A stretch of 38,049 nt of DNA. It comes from a virus. The notes below the pieces were generated by a model, which saw nothing but the letters and a program-made list of their open reading frames with translations, searched no databases and was not told the DNA's origin. Positions 1 through 5,562 of this stretch are shown here, piece by piece (position 1 is the stretch's first letter; each line of letters begins with the position of its first letter). The translations under genes were made by a program, and so were the position numbers. The stretch is from positions 1-38,049 of the IMG/VR virus record IMGVR_UViG_3300045988_016945; one strand, given 5' to 3'.

Positions 1-47
1 AGATGTAGACGGTAAAACGCACATAAAGTTACTAAAGTTTACACTTA

Positions 48-67
48 TTGCCCCTTATTTGCCCCTT
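48..67 (+). repeat. TTGCCCCTT-at-TTGCCCCTT double 9-mer (also at 37978-37997 through the terminal repeat)
   Basis: The same 9-mer pair occurs at the 3' end of int (37762-37781). It reads as LPLICPFL-stop, compared with LPLSCPLE-stop at the int C-terminus. Confidence 0.7.
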
Positions 68-72
68 TTTAT

Positions 73-103
73 AAAAAAAGACTTGGCAGCATGAGCTACC
101 AAG
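73..103 (-). terminator. Hairpin plus U-tract terminator (cassette 6)
   Basis: Minus strand CTTGGTAGC-tcat-GCTGCCAAG forms 9 bp, then TCTTTTTTT. One pair is G:U on the minus strand and would be C:A on the plus strand. Confidence 0.55.
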
Positions 104-197
104 CGGCATGAAAAAAAACAAAAACATTGAACGTGAAAGTCCGTCTATAGTGTACCTTTACTTAGATTAAATGTCTAATGCTATACACAGAAGACAC

Positions 198-223
198 AAA
201 AAAGCCCGACATAAAGCCGGGGC
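198..223 (-). terminator. Hairpin plus U-tract terminator (cassette 5)
   Basis: Minus strand GCCC(C)GGC-tttat-GTCGGGC forms 7 bp with one bulged C and one G:U, followed by TTTTTTG. Confidence 0.55.
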
Positions 224-266
224 AGTTCGAGAAATTATCGAAATGATACCAAGTATTCCACTGACT

Positions 267-295
267 ATAGTATCACTTATCTATTGAAATCACAA
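267..295 (-). promoter_or_regulatory. Sigma-70-like promoter (cassette 5)
   Basis: Minus strand TTGTGA (290-295), a 17-bp spacer, then TGaTACTAT extended -10 (267-275). Confidence 0.4.
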
Positions 296-330
296 ATAAA
301 AAAAGAGCTATGAGACTAACTCATGGCTCT
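293..330 (-). terminator. Hairpin plus U-tract terminator (cassette 4)
   Basis: Minus strand AGAGCCATGAG-ttagt-CTCATAGCTCT spans 11 positions with one C:A mismatch, followed by TTTTTTTATTT. The mismatch would be G:U on the plus strand, so this hairpin does not support the strand assignment. Confidence 0.5.
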
Positions 331-351
331 TTGCCTATGATGGATAATAAC

Positions 352-362
352 ATTATAACACA
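352..362 (-). promoter_or_regulatory. Extended -10 box TGTGTTATAAT (cassette 4)
   Basis: Perfect TGnTATAAT on the minus strand directly after a T-run. There is no clear -35. Confidence 0.4.
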
Positions 363-391
363 AAAAGGGCCCTCTCTCAAATAGCCTTTTT
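362..391 (-). terminator. Weak A/U-flanked hairpin, possible end of cassette 3 RNA
   Basis: Minus strand AAAAAGGC-tatttgagagag-G(C)CCTTTTT. The stem is mostly A:U with one bulge. Confidence 0.25.
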
Positions 392-501
392 CGGTGGGCG
401 CAACGGCACCCGTTCCATAAAATTCCATCGGGCTACGTGCACATAGCTTGCATGGCGCTGAACTTAATCAGTCTTTGGAACAGTCAAGACTTACTTGCTG
501 T
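366..501 (-). ncRNA. Candidate structured small RNA of about 135 nt (cassette 3)
   Basis: It lies between the -10 box at 508-518 and the T-run at 362-366. Local hairpins are at 470-491 (AGTCTT/AAGACT), 425-455 (inner stem GCTATG/CGTAGC with a minus-strand-only G:U) and 402-414 (AACGG-gtg-CCGTT). No ORF has an RBS. Confidence 0.3.
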
Positions 502-507
502 GGATAT

Positions 508-518
508 ATTATAACACA
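508..518 (-). promoter_or_regulatory. Extended -10 box TGTGTTATAAT (cassette 3)
   Basis: Identical 11-mer to 352-362 and preceded by the same T-rich block. Confidence 0.4.
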
Positions 519-545
519 AAAAAATAAAAACCGCTCGAAAGCGGT
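519..545 (-). terminator. Hairpin plus U-tract terminator (cassette 2)
   Basis: Minus strand ACCGC-tttcga-GCGGT followed by TTTTATTTTTTT. Confidence 0.45.
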
Positions 546-568
546 ACTTATTCATCAAAACCAATAAC

Positions 569-577
569 ATTATAACA
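569..577 (-). promoter_or_regulatory. Extended -10 box TGTTATAAT (cassette 2)
   Basis: TGnTATAAT on the minus strand after a T-run. The downstream 14 nt (GTTATAATGTTATT) are shared with cassette 4. Confidence 0.4.
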
Positions 578-619
578 AAAAAATAAAAAACGCACCAGAC
601 CCCGTAGAGTTACTGGCAC
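575..619 (-). terminator. Hairpin plus U-tract terminator (cassette 1)
   Basis: Minus strand GTGCCAG-14 nt-CTGGTGC forms 7 bp, then GTTTTTTATTTTTTT. Two pairs are G:U on the minus strand and would be C:A on the plus strand. Confidence 0.45.
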
Positions 620-631
620 TTTCCTAGATGT

Positions 632-640
632 ATTATACCA
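632..640 (-). promoter_or_regulatory. Extended -10 box TGGTATAAT (cassette 1)
   Basis: TGnTATAAT on the minus strand immediately after the lysin terminator U-tract. Confidence 0.4.
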
Positions 641-670
641 AATAAAAAAAGCCCCAGCAAACGCTGAGGC
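641..670 (-). terminator. Rho-independent terminator of the late (lysin) operon
   Basis: Minus strand GCCTCAGC-gttt-GCTGGGGC forms 8 bp with one minus-strand-only G:U, followed by TTTTTTTATTT. It lies about 95 nt after the lysin stop. Confidence 0.7.
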
Positions 671-764
671 TCGACCACTACTGCCATGGTATCCCTACTG
701 CAGTGTGAGGGGAGGTGATATACTCCTTTTCGTTTTATAGTTTTCGCGGTCTGTTAATTACAAT

Positions 765-1424
765 TTAAGCGAATGAACCGAATGACGTTACACGGCGACC
801 ATTCTCTGATTGACCGACTGCGACATAGCGACGATTACCAGAACCGCCAATGTAACTGATCCAGATATAGCCATCAACGTCGCACCAGCCGTCATAGTTG
901 ATAGTTTCACCAGCTCCATAGACTGCCACGATTTCAGCACCTAGACCGGCACCAGCTCGAACGTTAAGAGCTGAGACTTCAACCGTGAATGTTCCGGTTT
1001 CCTCGGTAATAGTAATTATACCATCAAACGGGGTTGGGGTTGGTGCAGGGGCTTGTGATTGGTTGTCTGTTGGGAAATAGAACCAGCCCACAATACCGTC
1101 AAAATTGCGTGTATTGTAACGAGCAGGGCCGCCAATGTATAGGCTATCAGCGTTGCCGTCAATATTCTGCTCGATAGTTCGCATGGTGTAGCCGTCTGAA
1201 TCTTCGATAACCAGGCCAGTGTGGCCGTATGAATGCCCTGCGATGTAAGTAGTATCCATGACGAATGCAGCCCCACGGCGTGGGCGACTATCAAGGTTGC
1301 CTTCTTGGTTATACTCGACCTCATAGCCTGCTGCTGCCGCTGAGTTTAGTAAGTCAATGGCGTTACCCCAAAGAGCACGGCCAAAGAAGTTAATTGAGAT
1401 AGAGTTAGGCAGGTCAACGCATTG
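765..1424 (-). CDS. Endolysin exon 2: CHAP core from QCVDL onward, Pro/Thr linker and SH3b-type wall-binding domain
   Basis: The tracked ORF starts at M-QCVDL, right at the CHAP catalytic Cys motif, so its N-terminus is missing. GHTGLV and EQN motifs are present, then linker QAPAPTPTP and a C-terminal SH3_5-like WCDVDGYIWISY. Exon 1 supplies the missing N-terminus in frame. Confidence 0.85.
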   Translation of the reverse strand, partial: QCVDLPNSISINFFGRALWGNAIDLLNSAAAAGYEVEYNQEGNLDSRPRRGAAFVMDTTYIAGHSYGHTGLVIEDSDGYTMRTIEQNIDGNADSLYIGGPARYNTRNFDGIVGWFYFPTDNQSQAPAPTPTPFDGIITITEETGTFTVEVSALNVRAGAGLGAEIVAVYGAGETINYDGWCDVDGYIWISYIGGSGNRRYVAVGQSENGRRVTSFGSFA

Positions 1425-2467
1425 CATTATCTTAAAAGCACGTCTCTCCTCAAAACAATTTCTTGGATTGACTGTATAACGTGCTCCCTCTTTTATGAGC
1501 TTACGCTTTCACGTAAGATGAGACTATATCTTCGTTTTGTGACATTCTTCGAATTCTATATATTTTAAGTTGGCATTATTTTCTTTATTGTATTTTTTTA
1601 TCGCTTCAATTCTGGCTTTGTATGCTTCTTCTGGAGTTGAGAAAGTTCCAACTTGGATATGTTTTCTATTTACACAAAAATAAGACGAATACCGACCAGC
1701 CTTGCTAGTATTTTCACTAACGCCGGTGTAACCAGTTTTATTTTTGTAAACACCTCTATTATTGCAGTTTTCTTGAGGTAGAGCCCATCTGCAATTTTCT
1801 TTGCAGTAGTTCCCATTATTGTCTATTCTGTCCAGTTGATGCTTGCTAGAAGGCGGTTCTCCCATGTCTTTATAGAACTGGGAGAAGTCTTCCCATTCAT
1901 CAGCATAAGTTATACCACGGCCGCCGTATCGGTGAAAACTTGAATAGTTTGGATTTGTGCATCTTTGTCGCATCGCTTTCCAAGCGCTATGGGTTTTCGT
2001 TCCAGTCAGCCCGTGCTTTTTCAGTCTTTCTTTGTTTTTGAGTTTTGAAAGACACCCACAAGATTTTGAATATCCGTTCCTTACTTCGGTTATCCTCATT
2101 TCTTTTTCATTTCCGCACAAAGTACATTTGAATATCCCAAGTTTCTTCCCGTTTTTATCTTTGCCAGATATTTTTAGCAATTTTAAATAATTGAAAGTAA
2201 CGCCAATCTCTTTATTTTCAATCGTCTGCATGGGTTAGCCCTCCTTTGTCGTCTAACTCCATTATACCACAAACGTCCCGTGCTGTCTTGCGATTGCAAG
2301 CACTTAGTCGTTGAACCTTCCTCCTCTTTTACCAAGGAGGCTCGGCTGCTGATTGCCCAACTATGAATGTTTTTAAGCGTGTCACGTTTACCGTTACCGG
2401 TTGCGTTGTAGCCTTCATAGCTTCAGGGTGTCCCAGCAATTCTCGGGATTAGGAACCCAGTTTGTTA
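1425..2467 (-). mobile_element. Group I self-splicing intron (1043 nt) interrupting the endolysin gene
   Basis: The 5' exon ends in U and the intron ends in G (plus-strand c1425). P1 pairs exon GGAACU with intron GGUUCC (2452-2457), giving a U:G at the splice site. The core elements are P AAUUGCUGGGA (2431-2443), Q AAUCAGCAGCC (2344-2355), R GGUUCAACGACUAAG (2303-2317) and S AAGAUAUAGUCU (1521-1532). GACUA pairs with UAGUC to form P7. Confidence 0.85.
1524..2231 (-). CDS. Intron-encoded HNH homing endonuclease with AP2-like DNA-binding domain
   Basis: HNH motif HQLDRIDNNGNYCKENCRWALPQENCNN, and an AP2-like YTGVS...RKHIQVGTFSTPEEAYKARIEAIKKYN. The RBS is AAAGGAGGG 7 nt upstream. The stop codon lies inside the intron S element. 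Confidence 0.85.
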   Translation of the reverse strand: MQTIENKEIGVTFNYLKLLKISGKDKNGKKLGIFKCTLCGNEKEMRITEVRNGYSKSCGCLSKLKNKERLKKHGLTGTKTHSAWKAMRQRCTNPNYSSFHRYGGRGITYADEWEDFSQFYKDMGEPPSSKHQLDRIDNNGNYCKENCRWALPQENCNNRGVYKNKTGYTGVSENTSKAGRYSSYFCVNRKHIQVGTFSTPEEAYKARIEAIKKYNKENNANLKYIEFEECHKTKI

Positions 2468-2554
2468 AGTTCCCCAACTTCCATCTGCATCAGTACCGAC
2501 ACCAGCGTTAGCTAGGTCTTCTGCAAATTGAATGATGTCGTTATTCATTACCAT
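2468..2554 (-). CDS. Endolysin exon 1 (29 codons, MVMNNDIIQFAEDLANAGVGTDADGSWGT)
   Basis: RBS GAAAGAAGG lies 8 nt upstream of the ATG at 2554. The frame hits TAA immediately after ...SWGT, and that TAA is the first triplet of the intron. Joined to exon 2 it gives DGSWGT-QCVDL, a typical CHAP N-terminal motif. Confidence 0.8.
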
Positions 2555-2623
2555 GTTTTAAGCCTTCTTTCTAAAATCAAAGGCAACCATCCCAAAAAAA
2601 GACGGTTACCAGTAAAAAATATA

Positions 2624-2887
2624 TTAATCTTCGTTAGGCTCTTCATATCCGAGCGCACGAGTTGAGTCGCCCAATCCAGTAGTGGTTGGGTCGTTTACCA
2701 CTCCGACAAGCACAAGAGAGGCAAAGAGTACATTGATAAAAACCAAGATTTTATCAATTGTTTGTCCAAATTCCAATTTGACACCAAAGATATCAGCGAA
2801 TGCTTGGAAAAGCAATGCCAAAGCTGGCACTACTGCCAACCAAAAGTTTTTATTTTTTAAACGCACAGACCAGTTAATTTTATTCAT
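2624..2887 (-). CDS. Holin (two-TMD, phage_holin_1/LL-H-like)
   Basis: MNKINWSVRLKNKNFWLAVVPALALLFQAF...VVNDPTTTGLGDSTRALGYEEP. The ATG overlaps the upstream stop (TGATG). The longer tracked ORF start is an Arg-rich extension with no support. Confidence 0.85.
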   Translation of the reverse strand: MNKINWSVRLKNKNFWLAVVPALALLFQAFADIFGVKLEFGQTIDKILVFINVLFASLVLVGVVNDPTTTGLGDSTRALGYEEPNED

Positions 2888-3531
2888 CAGTTGATTTTTC
2901 CTTTCAATTCTTCGATTTCTTTTTTTAATTCTATTATTGTATCGACCAAGCGCTGGAAGTGCCCGTCGTCGTCTACATACCACAAGCCTTGTTGCTTGGA
3001 ATCGCCAAACGTGCGAGCAAATAACCTACGTTCATTGCCCTCCGCTTTGTTCCTTCGTTCGTTATACGAGTCCCAGATATCTTCTTGCATAGGAGGTAAT
3101 TCAAAGCCTAGCAAGTTCTCGACAGTGATTGAATTAATCCACTCGTAATCACCAATCCAAGCAGCTTCTTTGGTTTCTGGGTCAATATAGAAGGGTGGAT
3201 TATCTAAACCGTATAGATTAATACTGCCATCTCCTTTATTTTTAAAAAAATAAAATGGCAAGTTTGTATTCGGAGTCCCGACATCGCCCGTTGCCTCTTC
3301 CAATTCCTTCCAAACGTGTGGTTTATCTGGACCATAGTTAGACCACGAGCTCGAATCTTTAAACCATTTCAAGCTCTTTAAATCGTTGATATCCTGCTTG
3401 ATTTGAGTCATGTCAACGCTACCATCTGAGGTTGTGTTTAGACCATCAACCTTTTTTTCAATCGCATCAGTTCGCTTAAATAGCTCTTTAATATCTCGAC
3501 CGATGCTTCTAATTGTCTCTACAAGATTCAT
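2887..3531 (-). CDS. Hypothetical protein, 214 aa (coiled-coil ends, globular centre; possible fibre or adhesion component)
   Basis: The ATG at 3531 overlaps the upstream stop (TGATG), and the RBS is AAGAGGA. No motif is recognised. Confidence 0.7.
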   Translation of the reverse strand: MNLVETIRSIGRDIKELFKRTDAIEKKVDGLNTTSDGSVDMTQIKQDINDLKSLKWFKDSSSWSNYGPDKPHVWKELEEATGDVGTPNTNLPFYFFKNKGDGSINLYGLDNPPFYIDPETKEAAWIGDYEWINSITVENLLGFELPPMQEDIWDSYNERRNKAEGNERRLFARTFGDSKQQGLWYVDDDGHFQRLVDTIIELKKEIEELKGKIN

Positions 3532-3860
3532 CACTGTTCCTCTTTTGCTTGATTATATGCAGATAGATAATCTACATCAGTCACAGCGTCAATCTTTTGA
3601 CCAAGTTCTGTCAACTTAGCTACGATTGCTTCGCTGGTATCGTTGTTTAGAGTACCAATCTTATCTGTGATCTCTTTGAGCGTGTCAAGATTCTCTGGAA
3701 CTCCTTCACCGAGAATCTCTGCTTTTAGCTGCTTGATCGCCCCGTTTAGTTGCTGTTCAGTGATCCCTGCGCTTGTTTCCTTGTCATTGATTGCTTTACG
3801 CAAGTTCTTGATATCTGTACCAATCGCAACGACTACCGCTTCAAGTTTATTTTCTGCCAT
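3531..3860 (-). CDS. Hypothetical tail-fibre-like coiled-coil protein, 109 aa
   Basis: RBS AAAGGA. It contains GVPENLDTLKEI, which resembles the xPExLDTLxEL motif common in phage fibre N-termini. Confidence 0.7.
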   Translation of the reverse strand: MAENKLEAVVVAIGTDIKNLRKAINDKETSAGITEQQLNGAIKQLKAEILGEGVPENLDTLKEITDKIGTLNNDTSEAIVAKLTELGQKIDAVTDVDYLSAYNQAKEEQ

Positions 3861-3966
3861 ATTTCATCCTTTCATATTTTAGCTAAGTTGTAAATTGTTA
3901 CTAGGTCTGGAAGCTCATCTACATTATCGTTGACTAAGCGCTTCCGTACTTCCTCAGCCAACGCTT

Positions 3967-4326
3967 TTATTTTGGGTCTTCTGTATTGCTAGGGATGTTA
4001 GCGGATGGATTGAACGACGGACGAACACGTATTTTAAATTCGTCTGTTGGGAAAATGAACCCATCTAATTTTAATTCCAACTTGTAGTGTCCAGGGGTTA
4101 CTGCGTCTTTGAATTTGAAGCTGAAACGACCTGATTCTACAGATACATCTTCATACAGAATTACTTTTTTTGCATTGAAAATAGCAAGCTTGCCTGTGCC
4201 AGACAGGTCTTTTTTCAAGCCGTCATCGCCCAAAATCTCAAATTCAAATGCCGATGCGGTGTCTCCTGATTTGATTACACAACCGCCGTCAACTTGTCTA
4301 ATGCTTGTCATGATATCGTTCATCAT
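3967..4326 (-). CDS. Hypothetical protein, 119 aa (possible Ig-like/BppU-N-like fold)
   Basis: RBS AAAGGAG. The sequence pattern is beta-rich (FEFEILGDDGLKKDLSGTGKLAIF...HYKLELKLDGFIFP). It overlaps the end of the upstream holin by 29 nt. Confidence 0.65.
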   Translation of the reverse strand: MMNDIMTSIRQVDGGCVIKSGDTASAFEFEILGDDGLKKDLSGTGKLAIFNAKKVILYEDVSVESGRFSFKFKDAVTPGHYKLELKLDGFIFPTDEFKIRVRPSFNPSANIPSNTEDPK

Positions 4327-4738
4327 TCTCGTCAGTCTCCTTTAGAAAAAACTTCTCTTTATCGATATTTTTCTTAACATACTTATCAAAGTATGGGATT
4401 TCCACCCCTAGAGATGACAAGCTAGCTAAGATACTAGAGCCGTATGCTGCAATCATGGCAAAGATAAATGTATCTAGGACACCTACCAAGTTCATGAAGA
4501 CTGCAAACGGGTAGAAGATTGCTACGAATGTAATCATGGCTGTATGGCTGACAAGCCCCTTGCGAAATTTAGAGCTTGAAAATTCATGGTAAGCCCACGC
4601 CCTGGATACGCCTACGACGATATCGCAAGCAATGATTACCATTAATAGAAACACCCATAAATGCTCATCGATACCGTGTGCGTAGAAGTCTCTGACCACA
4701 TCGAAGACACCAAAAATGCCGTCTGGTTTCTGTACCAT
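4298..4738 (-). CDS. Holin, family 4_1-like (multi-TMD)
   Basis: ACDIVVGVSRAWAYHEFSSSKFRKGLVSH plus three or four hydrophobic helices and a charged C-terminal tail. The start MVQKPDG has RBS AAGGAGGGG and overlaps the upstream stop (TAATG). Confidence 0.75.
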   Translation of the reverse strand: MVQKPDGIFGVFDVVRDFYAHGIDEHLWVFLLMVIIACDIVVGVSRAWAYHEFSSSKFRKGLVSHTAMITFVAIFYPFAVFMNLVGVLDTFIFAMIAAYGSSILASLSSLGVEIPYFDKYVKKNIDKEKFFLKETDENDERYHDKH

Positions 4739-5337
4739 TACCCCTCCTTCGGTTTGAATAGCCATGCAGTTGCAATCCCATTGTTTTCTAACTTGCCACC
4801 TTTTGCGAAATCAGCGAATGGCTGATTTTCGTAAGTGAAAGAACCATTAACTTGGATAAGTACCAGTTTGCCTTCTCCATCCACTTCTTCGTGGTTCGGG
4901 TCTTCGATAGCGAAGATATCCCCGGCGTTGAATACATCGCCTTTTTTAGCGACTGGCAACAATTCCAAATATTGCTTGTAGATTGTGCCATACTGGATAT
5001 TCTGACTCATTACCGCATTGAGGATGGACACGTTGGCAATTTTACGAGTCAATTCGCCTTGTTCAGCGACTTTCTCAGCTAAATTCAAGCGGTTGTCAAG
5101 GTCTTTAATAGATTCTTCTGACTTGGCTTGATAGCGTGCCAATGCCCCTGCAGGGTCCAGCTCAGTCGCTAAGATATCCAGAATAAGCTGAATTTTAGCT
5201 TCATCCGTCTTGCTTGTGTGGTCGCCTGGAACGTCTCGTGTCAACCACGTCGAGCCATCTTTGGACTGGATGGCAATCCGTGTTGTTGTTGGATTGGTCA
5301 GATAACTCGATGTAACACTGAAATTAGACTTATTCAT
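4738..5337 (-). CDS. Hypothetical protein, 199 aa (conserved streptococcal-phage post-fibre protein, DUF1366-like from memory)
   Basis: RBS AAAGGAG. The start overlaps the upstream ORF end (ATGAATAA). Confidence 0.75.
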   Translation of the reverse strand: MNKSNFSVTSSYLTNPTTTRIAIQSKDGSTWLTRDVPGDHTSKTDEAKIQLILDILATELDPAGALARYQAKSEESIKDLDNRLNLAEKVAEQGELTRKIANVSILNAVMSQNIQYGTIYKQYLELLPVAKKGDVFNAGDIFAIEDPNHEEVDGEGKLVLIQVNGSFTYENQPFADFAKGGKLENNGIATAWLFKPKEG

Positions 5338-5551
5338 TAGTCGCTCCTTTCTGTGCTACCTCATTGAAGAGGTCGTTAAGGTCTGAATCAGACGCTAGTA
5401 CATTTTGATAATGCTCTAGTTGCGATTTGACCTGCTCAAGTTCGCTAATAGTTGCCTGCAATCGAGCCTTAAATTCAGCTTTTTCAATCGTCAAATTAGC
5501 GTTCTGACTTGCGATGTCTTGAATCATTGAAGTGTAAATTTGTTCGTTCAT
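5330..5551 (-). CDS. Hypothetical coiled-coil protein, 73 aa
   Basis: RBS AAAAGGAGA. The sequence has heptad character. Confidence 0.7.
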   Translation of the reverse strand: MNEQIYTSMIQDIASQNANLTIEKAEFKARLQATISELEQVKSQLEHYQNVLASDSDLNDLFNEVAQKGATNE

Positions 5552-5562
5552 AAATTCTCCTT

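Larger units (their letters stand above)
1..119. repeat. Terminal direct repeat, copy 1 (identical to 37931-38049)
   Basis: Bases 1-119 match 37931-38049 base for base, and both copies sit exactly at the window ends. The unique unit is 37930 bp. Confidence 0.95.

Noticed and set aside
1-119. The 119-bp repeat as attL/attR of an integrated prophage
   Set aside because: Both copies coincide exactly with the window ends and no host-like flanking genes are present. A circular-contig overlap explains it more simply. It cannot be fully excluded without the source assembly.
171-299. Plus-strand 42-codon ORF (MSNAIHRRHKKARHKAGAVREIIEMIPSIPLTIVSLIY) as a type I toxin convergent with cassette 5 RNA
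   Set aside because: No Shine-Dalgarno sequence lies upstream. The charge and hydrophobicity order is the reverse of typical Fst- or Ldr-type toxins. I keep it only as a remote possibility.
366-505. Hammerhead-like ribozyme core (CUGAUUA ... GAAA) in the cassette 3 RNA
   Set aside because: The conserved CUGAnGA box is broken (U instead of G), and the flanking helices do not form the three-way junction.
60-700. Possible CRISPR or mini-CRISPR array, because of the repeated blocks
   Set aside because: The repeats are AT-rich promoter/terminator-like blocks of unequal length at irregular spacing of 60-160 bp. There is no conserved direct repeat of 24 bp or more with uniform spacers. The only resemblance to a streptococcal type II repeat is a 9-mer (AGAGCTATG, 304-312), which is likely chance.
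3880-3966. 29-codon TTG-initiated ORF (LAEEVRKRLVNDNVDELPDLVTIYNLAKI) between 3860 and 3967
   Set aside because: The peptide looks protein-like, but the frame has no ATG or GTG start and no RBS. It is too weak to annotate.
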